DNA of 64,000 bases from an uncultured Gemmiger sp. (GTDB taxonomy: Bacteria; Bacillota; Clostridia; Oscillospirales; Ruminococcaceae). The position numbers and the translations under genes were made by a program. Below, piece by piece: positions 38,486 through 49,599 of this stretch. Location of the stretch: contig CANRCB010000009.1 in NCBI GenBank assembly GCA_947629015.1, forward strand, positions 8,087-72,086. The letters are read 5' to 3'. A model generated the notes under the pieces. The model saw only the letters and a program-made list of their open reading frames with translations. It was not told the origin of the DNA and searched no databases. Numbering within the stretch: the first letter of the stretch is position 1; every line of letters begins with the position of its first letter.

Positions 38486-39376
38486 ATGAAGAGAAAACTT
38501 GAGATCTCCGAGCTGATTTTCAAGATCATCAGCTACACCCTGCTGGCGATTTTCTCGCTGGCCTGCCTGTATCCCTTCGTGTATGCCATCTCCGCCTCCA
38601 TTTCCGGCATCCACGCGGTGGAATACGGCGAGATCGTGCTCTTCCCCAAGGACATCCAGTTTGAGGCCTTCGGCCGCATGTTCAACAACAATATGTTCTG
38701 GAACTCCTACTCCAACACCCTGTTCATCACGCTGTACGGCACGCTGTTCAGCATGGTCACCTCCATCCTGGGCGCCTACGCGCTTTCCAAAAAGCGCCTG
38801 CTGTTCCGCACGCCGTTCAACTTCTTCCTCGTCTTTACCATGTGGTTCTCGGCCGGTATCGTACCGCAGTACTTAAACTATTTGGATACCCGCGCCGTGT
38901 TCAACAAGATCGGCATCATGGACGACAAGTGGCTGGTCGTCATCGCCATGGGCATGGCCGCCATGAACATCATCCTGCTGCGCAACGCCTTTGAGGGCGT
39001 GCCCAGCGAGGTCGAGGAGGCCGCCATCGTCGACGGCGCCACCGAGATGCAGGTGTTGACCAACGTCTTCATCCCGATGAGCCAGTCCACCATCGCCACC
39101 GTGGCGCTGTTCTTCGCCATCTCCCGCTGGAACGGCTACTTCTGGGCCCGCCAGATGATCTCCAACGCCAACGAGCATCCGCTGCAGGTCTTTATCCGTC
39201 TCCAGCTCGAAAACTTCACCAACCCCGAGGTCATGGCCGGCTGGAACGAGCCCTACGCGTCGGATTCCGTCATCTACGCGCTCATCGTCTGCTCCATCGT
39301 GCCCATCCTCATCATCTACCCCTTCATCCAGAAATACTTTGCCAAGGGCACCAACGTCGGCGGCGTGAAGGAGTAA
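38486..39376 (+). CDS. Carbohydrate ABC permease (LplC-like)
   Basis: EEAAIVDGA, YPFIQKYFAKG...GGVKE. Confidence 0.92.
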   Translation: MKRKLEISELIFKIISYTLLAIFSLACLYPFVYAISASISGIHAVEYGEIVLFPKDIQFEAFGRMFNNNMFWNSYSNTLFITLYGTLFSMVTSILGAYALSKKRLLFRTPFNFFLVFTMWFSAGIVPQYLNYLDTRAVFNKIGIMDDKWLVVIAMGMAAMNIILLRNAFEGVPSEVEEAAIVDGATEMQVLTNVFIPMSQSTIATVALFFAISRWNGYFWARQMISNANEHPLQVFIRLQLENFTNPEVMAGWNEPYASDSVIYALIVCSIVPILIIYPFIQKYFAKGTNVGGVKE

Positions 39377-39446
39377 AAAACCATGTTGTCCCCCGGACAT
39401 CCGCCCGGTGAACAAAAATATCACCTGAAAACATAGGAGGAAACCA

Positions 39447-41630
39447 ATGAAAAAGCAGCAATCCCTGATTGCGATCCTGCTTGTGGTCGCAATGAGCGCC
39501 GCGTTGCTGGTCGGCTGTGGCCCCAGCATCTCGGTCGAGGGCGGCGGCGCTGCCGCCAGCACCCCTGCCGCTGCTGACAGCACCCCTGCCAGCACCCCCG
39601 CTGAGGGCGGCGATTCCGCCGCCGAACCCACCGGCCTGACCTACGCGGACGGCACCGTCCTGCGCATGGCCACCGGCTACAACAACCCCAACACCGGCAT
39701 CTCCTTCGACGCCGATACCGCCGGCTCCGGCATCACGCTGGCTGACGGTGTCACCTACAACACGGGCGACCTCAAGCCCACCTGGGTCGAGGTCGAGAAC
39801 GTCCTGAACGTCAAGTTTGAGGACAAGTTCACCGGCCAGGGCGGCGCCTCCAAGGAGTTCAACTACTGGAAAGAGCAGCTCGACCAGGTCGACATGGTCT
39901 CCGGTACCGCCACCCTCCTCAACGAGAACGGCGTCGCCGGCACCATCGTCAACATCGCCGACTATCTTGACATGATGCCCAACTTCAAGGCGTACCTCGA
40001 TGCCAACCCCATCGTGCGCCTGTCCATCACCGGTGACACCGCCACCGGCGCCATCTACTTCAGCCCGTACTTCGACGGTGTCGCCGATATCGAGCGTATG
40101 CCGCTGATGCGTACCGACTGGGTCAAGACCCTGCTCAACGGCGAGGGCGATTTCGCCGCCGATGCCTCCAACATGACCGCGGAGCCCGTCTACGAGCCCT
40201 ATATGCCCACCACCGGCAAGGTCGAGGTCGAGGTCGTCAAGGCTGACGGCTCCGGCGTTGAGACCGTCACCAAGGACTACGACGCCGGCGGCAACATCGT
40301 CAACGACATGAACCTCGCCGGTTCCGTCGATGGCGTGACCGCTGTCAACATGCTGCGCAAGTACATCGATGAGTGCTACGGCGGCTACTACGGCACCGAC
40401 CGCGCCGACCTGTTCATCGGCCAGAACGCTGCCTGGGATGCTGACGAGCTCGTCGCGCTGCTGCGCTGCGTCGTCGCCAACCCCCAGACCCTCAACGGCA
40501 CCGATTCCGTCCAGGGCATCTTCTCCCGTGAGGACGCCAACAACCAGCGCCGCGTCGATATGTTCCGCTTTGCGGGTCATCTGTTCGGCGTGCGCGGCCT
40601 TGAGTCCCGCCAGGATTACCTCTACGTCGGCAGCGACAACAAGCTGCATGACGCCCGCCAGGAGCCCGCTACCTACGAGGCCCTCGAGCGCATGAACGAC
40701 ATGGTCAAGGAAGGCCTCATCTCCGAGGCGTTCGTTGGCAAGCAGGATGTCAAGACCAAGCAGTATCTGCAGGAAGACCTTGGCTTCATGCATTACGACT
40801 ACAACCAGACCCAGACCATCTACAACGAGCAGGACGGCATCTTTGACGAAGGCGAAGAGTACATGGCCGTTATGGTGCCTGTGGCCCGCTGGGATGACGG
40901 CACCGGTGAGCAGATCATGCGCTTCACCGAGAGCTGGCGTTCCGTGAAGACCGACGGCTGGGGCATCTCCAAGCCCGGCGTCGGCGACGACCAGGATAAG
41001 CTCTACGCCGCCCTGGCCCTCATCGACTACGCGTACTCTCCCGAAGGCCAGATCCTCATGAGCTATGGCCCCGAGGCGTTCCGCAGCGACAAGACCTTCA
41101 CCTTCAACGGCCAGGAAATGCCCGAGATCGCCGACGCCACCCGCGCCGAGCTGTGGGATAAGGCTGGCGGCAACTACACCAACTACGCCCGCTTCTACCT
41201 CGGCTCCACCCTGAGCTTCCTCAAGAGCCAGGCGTTCGAGTATCAGTGCACCACCGAGAAGGGCCGCCTTGGCGCCGGCTACATCTCCACCGCCATCGGC
41301 CTGGGCACCATCCATCATCCCGAGCTGGCCGTGGCCGACAACGGCTGGTACACCAGCGTGCCCACCACGCTGCCCACCACCAAGGTCGACAACGAGGACC
41401 TGGCCGCTCTGACCGAGCTGACCACCAACTTCTCCTCCTCCTCCGGTGATGACCAGATCAACATCCTGTGCGACATCATCGCCGGCGGCTACGGCGCTAC
41501 CGGCATCGCCGAGATCACCGACGCCCAGAGCGCGGCCGACTATGTTGCCAACACCTGGCAGGGTACCAAGTACCTCAGCATCAAGGAAATGGCCTGGGAG
41601 GACGACCTCGACTACTACAGCACCCTCTAA
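39447..41630 (+). CDS. Large carbohydrate ABC substrate-binding lipoprotein (727 aa)
   Basis: Lipobox LVGC, Ala/Pro linker, YLDMMPNF and RTDWV motifs typical of family 1 SBPs; highly biased codon usage. Confidence 0.82.
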   Translation: MKKQQSLIAILLVVAMSAALLVGCGPSISVEGGGAAASTPAAADSTPASTPAEGGDSAAEPTGLTYADGTVLRMATGYNNPNTGISFDADTAGSGITLADGVTYNTGDLKPTWVEVENVLNVKFEDKFTGQGGASKEFNYWKEQLDQVDMVSGTATLLNENGVAGTIVNIADYLDMMPNFKAYLDANPIVRLSITGDTATGAIYFSPYFDGVADIERMPLMRTDWVKTLLNGEGDFAADASNMTAEPVYEPYMPTTGKVEVEVVKADGSGVETVTKDYDAGGNIVNDMNLAGSVDGVTAVNMLRKYIDECYGGYYGTDRADLFIGQNAAWDADELVALLRCVVANPQTLNGTDSVQGIFSREDANNQRRVDMFRFAGHLFGVRGLESRQDYLYVGSDNKLHDARQEPATYEALERMNDMVKEGLISEAFVGKQDVKTKQYLQEDLGFMHYDYNQTQTIYNEQDGIFDEGEEYMAVMVPVARWDDGTGEQIMRFTESWRSVKTDGWGISKPGVGDDQDKLYAALALIDYAYSPEGQILMSYGPEAFRSDKTFTFNGQEMPEIADATRAELWDKAGGNYTNYARFYLGSTLSFLKSQAFEYQCTTEKGRLGAGYISTAIGLGTIHHPELAVADNGWYTSVPTTLPTTKVDNEDLAALTELTTNFSSSSGDDQINILCDIIAGGYGATGIAEITDAQSAADYVANTWQGTKYLSIKEMAWEDDLDYYSTL

Positions 41631-41798
41631 GGTAAACCCCAACCCCCGCATCACTGAACCCATCTGACCCGTAGCGGGGTGGGCCGGCGCGGCAACGCGC
41701 CGTGCCGGCCCACCCCTATTTGAAAGAAGCTGAGCGCGCCCCAAAGCACCTTTGCCGGGCGCCAAGGGGACGATACTTTCCCCTGCGAGGAGGTCGTC

Positions 41799-42389
41799 AT
41801 GTATAAAAAACAAATGGTTGCGCAGAAGATCCTCTGCCTGGCGGCTGTCATCATGGGCGCGGTGGTTTTCATCTACTCGCTCGGGATCATGACCGATCTG
41901 TACGACAGCCTTTACACTACTATGCGCAACCCCAACGACATCACCAAGACCACGGTGACAGGGTCCAGGGTGTACTACGATATGCAGCCGTTCAACCGGT
42001 GGTTCGTCATCATGGCCATCGTGCTGATCCTGTTGGGCTGCCTGCTGTTTGTCACCAACACACACATCCGCCGCCGCTATTACATCGGCAACTATATCGC
42101 CACCGCCGCCTATTTCGGCTTCAGCGTCTATCTCACGGTGATGTGCCACAGCTACATTGAGGCGTTCAAGGCCATGTGGCTCAACATCGATTTCGCCGCC
42201 CTGGCGGAGCACGCGGCCGCGCGCAACACCCTGTATACCGAATCCACCTTCTGGTTCGATATCCACTACGCGGTGTTCGGGCTGCTGCTGCTGGTCGGCG
42301 TACTGCTCGTCGCCAACGCCGTGTGCAAGGCCATCCTGATGAAGGAAGAGGCCGCGCTCATCGGCAAAGGAAAGGAGGCAGCCGCATGA
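41799..42389 (+). CDS. Uncharacterised membrane protein
   Basis: 4 TM segments, RBS gaggagg. Confidence 0.75.
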   Translation: MYKKQMVAQKILCLAAVIMGAVVFIYSLGIMTDLYDSLYTTMRNPNDITKTTVTGSRVYYDMQPFNRWFVIMAIVLILLGCLLFVTNTHIRRRYYIGNYIATAAYFGFSVYLTVMCHSYIEAFKAMWLNIDFAALAEHAAARNTLYTESTFWFDIHYAVFGLLLLVGVLLVANAVCKAILMKEEAALIGKGKEAAA

Positions 42390-42874
42390 ACAACGAAGAT
42401 CGCCAAATCCAACGGGACCGTATGAGGTATACCAAAAACTCATTGGCCGCCAACCTGGCGCTGGTCGGGCTGCTGTTTGACGTGTTCTATTTCGTCAACA
42501 TCTGCCAGTCCGACGTGGGCACCTACTACTACAACATCCTCATCGGCGCATCCATCGTTTACAACCTCGTCTTTCTTCTGGTCGTTTTCCTCGCGTCCGA
42601 GGGCGTCAAAAACTACCAGATTAACTACTCCTATATTTTGATCGTGGTCGGTGCGCTGCAGATCGCGCGCATCTTCATCATCCCGATGCGGGCCCACTCC
42701 GCCACCACGCTGGTGGATGGCGTCGAGGTGGCCGTCATGGGCAACGGGCAGTTCATGTGGGTGCTAGCGTTCCTCGTCATCTCCGCCGCCTGCCTGCTGG
42801 CCTCCGCCGCCGTCAACATCATCAAGTGCCGGGAGCTTTCAGCCCACCTGAAGTCCCTCGGCCTTGAGAGCTAA
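42386..42874 (+). CDS. Uncharacterised membrane protein
   Basis: 4 TM segments, ATGA overlap with the previous gene, RBS aaggagg. Confidence 0.75.
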   Translation: MNNEDRQIQRDRMRYTKNSLAANLALVGLLFDVFYFVNICQSDVGTYYYNILIGASIVYNLVFLLVVFLASEGVKNYQINYSYILIVVGALQIARIFIIPMRAHSATTLVDGVEVAVMGNGQFMWVLAFLVISAACLLASAAVNIIKCRELSAHLKSLGLES

Positions 42875-42889
42875 AAGGGAGGCGAAGAC

Positions 42890-43966
<1,077 letters not shown>

Positions 43967-43968
43967 GT

Positions 43969-44532
43969 ATGGAAAAGAAAAAACCCAATCCGCTGAAAGA
44001 GGCATGGCGCAAATTCCTTGTCTCGCTCAAACGGCGGCCGCAGATGATCCCGCTGGTGGCGTTGACCATCGCCTTCGTCTACTACTCCTTCAACCTGACC
44101 AACATCTCCAACACGACGGCGCGCATCCAAGGGCCCAACATGGGCCTGGCGGGCTTTGCCACCATGCTGTTCAGTATGCTGTCCTTCCTGTGCTGCCTCA
44201 ACGGCTTCCCCTACCGCAAAAAGCCGGTGGTGCCGATGGTCGTGTTGCTGTATGTGATGCTGGCCATCATCGCCTTTGCGGATTTCACCTATCTGGGCGC
44301 CATCACCGCCTCCATCAACCGGGCGGACAACCCCGTCGTCGTCACCGAGCAGACCATCTACATCAAGCACGCGTTCGACTGCCTGCGCATCCACATGGTG
44401 ATGCTGGGCGTCACCGCCGTGCTGACGGTGCTGCTGCCCGTCTACACCAAGTTGCTGCGTAAGATCAAGACCTCCATCGACGTTGAGGACAACGGCGAGA
44501 TGGGCCAGATCGACATCGCCGGCGAGGATTGA
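43969..44532 (+). CDS. Uncharacterised membrane protein
   Basis: 4 TM segments, operonic spacing. Confidence 0.72.
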   Translation: MEKKKPNPLKEAWRKFLVSLKRRPQMIPLVALTIAFVYYSFNLTNISNTTARIQGPNMGLAGFATMLFSMLSFLCCLNGFPYRKKPVVPMVVLLYVMLAIIAFADFTYLGAITASINRADNPVVVTEQTIYIKHAFDCLRIHMVMLGVTAVLTVLLPVYTKLLRKIKTSIDVEDNGEMGQIDIAGED

Positions 44533-44613
44533 CCCCGCGCCTTTTGAACCCGTTCGCGAGCAGAGCCGGGAGGTTCGCCTGCCGGACCTCCCGCTCTGCT
44601 CTATAGGAGTTTT

Positions 44614-45249
44614 ATGAGCAACCGCAAGAACACGCCCAAGCAAAAGCCCGATGTGGCGAAGGAAAGCAGCTATTACGACCTCAAGACCCAGGCCGTCAAC
44701 GACCTGGCCGAGGCGGACGAGAGCAATTCCCCCGAGGTATCCAAGGAGGAGCTGCGCGGCTATACTTCCGGTTCCGGCATCAAGATCCCCGAGGCCGTCA
44801 AGCTGCTGTTCATCAAGTTCTGGTTCGCCGGCGCGACCTGTTTCTTCTTCATCTGGGGCCTGGGCGGTTACATGGCGGATCAGCTTGACCTGCTTGTCAT
44901 CACCGGCATCGCGCTGGGCATGGTCACCGATATTTTGACCAACAACGCCATCCGCTTTTTCGCGGTCACCCCCGGGGCCAACGACCGGTACATGATGTTC
45001 CCCAAAAAGGGCTTTTGGACCTTCCCGCTCAACATCCTGTACGCGTTTGTGCTGCTGGCGCTGGTGTATGGGCTGTACAGCGGCATCAACTGGGCCGCGG
45101 CCATGGCCAGCGGCCAGATGGATGCCATCGCCCTGGGCGTTGAGCCCATCCTGTTCGGGTTGTTCTATCTCGGCTTTGACGAGCTGCTCATCGCCGCCAA
45201 GCACGGCGTGCAGCGCCTTGTGCGCGGCGGCAAAAAAGCCGCCCCGTAA
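44614..45249 (+). CDS. Uncharacterised membrane protein
   Basis: Soluble N-terminus then 4 TM segments. Confidence 0.72.
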   Translation: MSNRKNTPKQKPDVAKESSYYDLKTQAVNDLAEADESNSPEVSKEELRGYTSGSGIKIPEAVKLLFIKFWFAGATCFFFIWGLGGYMADQLDLLVITGIALGMVTDILTNNAIRFFAVTPGANDRYMMFPKKGFWTFPLNILYAFVLLALVYGLYSGINWAAAMASGQMDAIALGVEPILFGLFYLGFDELLIAAKHGVQRLVRGGKKAAP

Positions 45250-45265
45250 CGGGGCGGCCGGGGGG

Positions 45266-46027
45266 TCAGGCTTTCGGCTCCGTGGGCGCGGGCGGGATAT
45301 GGGCCCGGTACTCCCGCGGGGAGACGCCGTATTTTTTCTTGAACAGGCGTGAAAAATACAGCGGGTTCGCAAAGCCGCACAGCCGCGCCACCTCCGAGAT
45401 GTTCTCCCGGTTCTCATACAGTGCAAGGCTGCCGGCGGCGCTTTTCAGGCGCGTGTCGGTCAAAAATTGCAGGGGCGTGCGCCCGGTCTCTTTTTTGAAC
45501 AGCTTTTTCAGGTATTCGGCGTTGAAGGGCAATTCACGCAGATAGGCGTTCAGGTCATAGGCGCTGTCGGCGTAGTTTTGCAGGATGTTTGTCTCGATGT
45601 GGGATACGATGTCGCTGCGCAGGCGGTGCGGTTGGCGCACTGTCAGCGATGTGGCGATCAACTGCCCGTACAGCGGCAGCAGGAACGCGCTGCCCGCAAA
45701 GGTGCCGCCGGCATAGTACAGCGCGGCAAAAAAGGCGTTGCGCAAAAACCCGTTGCTGTCAGCGGGGATGATCTCCGGCTCCGCCGCGTCCAGTGGCATA
45801 TCGGCCATGGTGAGGTGGATGTTGGTAAACCCCGCCCCGCTCCGGTTGGCATGGGGCAGGTTGGGCGGTATCACGGCGATCTCGTTGGCCGTATAGGGCA
45901 AAACGCCGCCGTCAAACACCAGCTCGCCGCTGCCGGTCAGGCAGAAGATCAGCTCCCAGTCGGGGTGGGCATGGCGCGCCACGCCAAAGGTGGGCGGCTG
46001 CCGCCCCACCGATGTGATCCTGTTCAT
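45266..46027 (-). CDS. AraC family transcriptional regulator
   Basis: Cupin HAHPDWEL; C-terminal ISEVARLCGFANPLYFSRLFKK. Confidence 0.9.
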   Translation of the reverse strand: MNRITSVGRQPPTFGVARHAHPDWELIFCLTGSGELVFDGGVLPYTANEIAVIPPNLPHANRSGAGFTNIHLTMADMPLDAAEPEIIPADSNGFLRNAFFAALYYAGGTFAGSAFLLPLYGQLIATSLTVRQPHRLRSDIVSHIETNILQNYADSAYDLNAYLRELPFNAEYLKKLFKKETGRTPLQFLTDTRLKSAAGSLALYENRENISEVARLCGFANPLYFSRLFKKKYGVSPREYRAHIPPAPTEPKA

Positions 46028-46170
46028 GCCGGCACCCCCAAACAAATCGGTATACAAGCCATTGTATCAAATCCGGTCCGCTTTGTCCATACGGGCAATT
46101 TGCGATAGAAAGGAACGTCCCGCAGCGTTTGGCAACAGACATAAAATCCAAGTGTAAGGAGACAAAGACC

Positions 46171-47250
46171 ATGTCATACTTGACCCTGAAAGACATCAAC
46201 AAGATTTACCCGAACGGCTACCATGCGGTTCACAACTTCAATCTTGAAATCGACAAAGGGGAATTCATCGTCTTTGTCGGGCCTTCCGGCTGCGGAAAAT
46301 CCACCACGCTGCGCATGATCGCGGGCCTTGAGGACATCTCGGACGGTGAGTTCCTCATCAACGGCGTGCGCGCCAACGAGATGGGCCCCCGTGAGCGCGA
46401 GATCGCCATGGTGTTCCAGAGCTACGCGTTGTACCCGCAGATGACGGTGTTCGATAACATCGCCTTCGGCCTCACCCTGCAGGGCGTGGACGAGGATGTC
46501 ATCGAGCAGAAGGTCAAAAAGACCGCCGCCATCCTCGGCCTGACCGATTATCTGGACCGCCTGCCCCGCGCCTTGTCCGGCGGCCAGCGGCAGCGTGTCG
46601 CCATCGGGCGCGCCATCATCCGCAAGGTGGGCGTCTTTTTGATGGACGAGCCGCTGTCCAACCTGGACGCCAAGCAGCGCGTGACTATGCGCTCCGAGAT
46701 CGCGCAGATCCACCACGAGACCGGCGCCACCACCATCTACGTTACCCATGACCAGACCGAGGCCATGACCCTGGCGGACCGTATCGTCGTCATGAAAGAC
46801 GGCTATGTCCAGCAGGTCGGCACCCCGTATGAGCTGTACTACAAGCCCGTCAACGTCTTTGTGGCCGGCTTCATCGGCGAGCCGCCGATGAACTTCATCC
46901 GCGGCACCGTCAAGGGCGGCAAGATCCTGTTTGGCAACAACGCGCTGGATATCACCAAAAAACTCGGCGACAAGGCCAAAAAGTACGAAGGCAAGGAGAT
47001 CGTGTTCGGTTTCCGGCCCGAGCATATCGAGCTGGGCGAGGTCAAGGATGCCTACCTCGTCAAGGCCGAGGTGGAGCTGACCGAGATGCTGGGCGACAAC
47101 ACCAACATCTACATCACCGCCGGCGAGGACAAGGCCATCCTCAAGGTCGACCCGCACGATACGCCGGAGGTTGATACCGCGATCACCTTCTCCATCCCCG
47201 TCAAGGAAGTCTACCTGTTCGACGGCGAGACGGAAATGGTCATCGAGTGA
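46171..47250 (+). CDS. Carbohydrate ABC ATP-binding protein (MalK/MsmX family)
   Basis: Walker A, LSGGQRQR, DEPLSNLDAK. Confidence 0.93.
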   Translation: MSYLTLKDINKIYPNGYHAVHNFNLEIDKGEFIVFVGPSGCGKSTTLRMIAGLEDISDGEFLINGVRANEMGPREREIAMVFQSYALYPQMTVFDNIAFGLTLQGVDEDVIEQKVKKTAAILGLTDYLDRLPRALSGGQRQRVAIGRAIIRKVGVFLMDEPLSNLDAKQRVTMRSEIAQIHHETGATTIYVTHDQTEAMTLADRIVVMKDGYVQQVGTPYELYYKPVNVFVAGFIGEPPMNFIRGTVKGGKILFGNNALDITKKLGDKAKKYEGKEIVFGFRPEHIELGEVKDAYLVKAEVELTEMLGDNTNIYITAGEDKAILKVDPHDTPEVDTAITFSIPVKEVYLFDGETEMVIE

Positions 47251-47436
47251 ACGGCACCCGGGGAAAATACGTTTCGGCTTTATAAGGGACTTTCTTTATA
47301 AGGGACTTTTTCATACAGCCCCGCGCCCCGGTACACGGCCGGGGCGCGGGGCCGTACCTTTGCCCAAAAGTGTGTTGAAAACTTGTGCATGCTGCTGTGC
47401 AAAGCGCTGTTTTTGCCCGAAAGAGGAAACTTTTGC

Positions 47437-47531
47437 TTGACCTTTTCCATAAGATAGACTACAATGTGCTTAACAAAGCAAAGGCAACGGCGCCTGTTAC
47501 TTATGTAACGAGCGCCGTTGCCTTTTGTTTG
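47437..47531 (+). promoter_or_regulatory. Promoter plus leader terminator with an ANTAR-like hairpin upstream of amt
   Basis: TTGACC-17-TACAAT; long stem aaggcaacggcgc...gcgccgttgcctt plus T-tract; competing hairpin aggc-aacggc-gcct. Confidence 0.6.
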
Positions 47532-47600
47532 TTAAGCGCCGTGCCAAAATCCCCAAACCGCAAGCGGGCACGGCGCGCAATATGGAAAGAGGGGTTCAAT

Positions 47601-49343
47601 ATGTCCGAAGAAATTCTGTCCGCCGTAAACGGGGAGGTGTTCGCGGTCTGGTTCCTCATCGGCGCGGCGCTGGTGTTCTGGATGCAGGCCGGGTTCGCGA
47701 TGGTGGAGGCCGGCTTCACCCGCGCCAAGAACACCGGCAACATCCTGATGAAAAACCTGATGGATTTCTGCATCGGCACGCCGATGTTCATCATCATCGG
47801 TTTCGGCCTGCTGCTGGGCGAGGATATTGCCGGCTTTATCGGCCGGCCGGGGCTCGATATCTTTACCGCCTACGGCAGCTTTGACTGGTCGAATTTCGTC
47901 TTCAACCTTGTGTTCTGCGCCACCACCGCGACCATCGTGTCCGGCGCCATGGCCGAGCGCACCAAGTTCTTGAGCTACTGCATCTACTCCGCCGTCATCT
48001 CGGCGGTCATCTACCCCATCGAGGCGCACTGGATCTGGGGCGGCGGGTGGCTGGCCCGGATCGGGTTCCACGATTTTGCCGGCTCCTGCGCCATCCACAT
48101 GGTGGGCGGCATCTGCGCCTTTATCGGCGCGTGGATGCTGGGGCCGCGCATCGGCAAATACTCCAAGAAGGCGGACGGCTCGCTGAAGGTGAACGCCTTC
48201 CCCGGCCACAACCTGCCCATCGGCTGCCTGGGCGTGTTCATCCTGTGGCTGGGCTGGTACGGCTTCAACGGCGCCGCCTGCACCAGCGTTGACCAGCTGG
48301 CCTCGGTGTTTTTGACCACCACCGTGGCGCCGAGCGTGGCCACCGTCGTGTGCATGGTGTTCACCTGGCTCAAGTACGGCAAGCCCGATGTCTCGATGTG
48401 CCTGAACGCCTCTCTGGCGGGGCTCGTCGCCATCACCGCCCCCTGCGACACAACGGACTGCTTCGGCGCCATCATCATCGGCGCGGTGTCCGGCGTGCTG
48501 GTGGTGTTCGGCGTGTGGCTGCTGGACTACAAGCTCAAGATCGATGACCCCGTCGGCGCCGTGGCGGTGCATATGTGCAACGGTATGTGGGGCACCATCG
48601 CGGTGGGGCTGTTCAGCACCACCTCCGCCCCCGGCAACGACAGTGTGGTCGGCCTTTTCTACGGCGGCGGCTTCCGCCAGCTGGGCATCCAGCTGCTGGG
48701 CCTGGGCAGCGTGGCGGCCTGGGCGGCCGTGACCATCTTTATCGCCTTCACCGTCATCCGCAAATGCGTCGGCCTGCGCGCCGGTGAGCGCGAAGAGATC
48801 GAGGGCCTGGACATCCACGAGCACGGCCTGCCCAGCGCCTATGCCGGCTTTGCCATCATGGATATCTCCAACACCATGACGATGAACGAGAACGAAAACA
48901 CCGACCTTGGCGAGCCCGACATCGCCAAAGCCAGCGCCGCCAAGGTGGCGGCCGCCGTGCCCGCCGTGGTGGCGCCCGAGGTGGGCACCGGGATGCACAA
49001 GGTGGTCATCGTGGCGCGGCTGGCGCGGTTCGACGCGCTGAAAAAGGCGATGAACGACATCGGCGTGACCGGCATGACCGTGACGCAGGTCATGGGCTGC
49101 GGCATCCAGAAGGGCAGCGGCGAGCGCTACCGCGGCACCGAGGTGGACGCCACCCTGCTGCCCAAGATCAAGGTGGAGGTCGTCATCTCCAAGATCCCGG
49201 TCGACAAGGTCGTCGACGCCGCGACCAAGGCGCTGTACACCGGCCATATCGGCGACGGCAAGATCTTTGTGTACAACGTGGGCAAGGTAGTCAAGGTGCG
49301 CACCGGCGAGACGGACTACGCCGCCTTGCAGGATGTGGAATAA
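47601..49343 (+). CDS. amt: Ammonium transporter fused to a C-terminal PII domain
   Basis: MQAGFAMVE, DFAGSCAIH, WYGFNG, IDDPVGAVAVH; C-terminal GMTVTQVMGCG, YRG, GHIGDGKIFV. Confidence 0.93.
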   Translation: MSEEILSAVNGEVFAVWFLIGAALVFWMQAGFAMVEAGFTRAKNTGNILMKNLMDFCIGTPMFIIIGFGLLLGEDIAGFIGRPGLDIFTAYGSFDWSNFVFNLVFCATTATIVSGAMAERTKFLSYCIYSAVISAVIYPIEAHWIWGGGWLARIGFHDFAGSCAIHMVGGICAFIGAWMLGPRIGKYSKKADGSLKVNAFPGHNLPIGCLGVFILWLGWYGFNGAACTSVDQLASVFLTTTVAPSVATVVCMVFTWLKYGKPDVSMCLNASLAGLVAITAPCDTTDCFGAIIIGAVSGVLVVFGVWLLDYKLKIDDPVGAVAVHMCNGMWGTIAVGLFSTTSAPGNDSVVGLFYGGGFRQLGIQLLGLGSVAAWAAVTIFIAFTVIRKCVGLRAGEREEIEGLDIHEHGLPSAYAGFAIMDISNTMTMNENENTDLGEPDIAKASAAKVAAAVPAVVAPEVGTGMHKVVIVARLARFDALKKAMNDIGVTGMTVTQVMGCGIQKGSGERYRGTEVDATLLPKIKVEVVISKIPVDKVVDAATKALYTGHIGDGKIFVYNVGKVVKVRTGETDYAALQDVE

Positions 49344-49535
49344 CGGCCCCTGCCGCATAACAGGCTATCGTTTTTAACACGCAGGACGCCCCGCCCGCCG
49401 CAAATGCGGCGGGCGGGGCGCTCGGCGTGTCAAAAAGCTGCCGGAACCTTATGGGGGCCTTGCCGGGCGGGCCGATTATCCGGCCCGGTATCACGCGGAA
49501 AGGTTTGCGGGGTGGATGTTACTTCCCCGCAGATT

Positions 49536-49560
49536 GTAGGGCGGGGTCTTGACCCCGCCG
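49536..49560. repeat. GTAG-type REP-like palindrome
   Basis: gtagggcggggtcttgaccccgccg; further copies at 59695, 61991 (reverse) and 62157. Confidence 0.75.
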
Positions 49561-49599
49561 TGCAAATTTACCCATGAAAGCGCTTTTTTGTGCGGGGCC

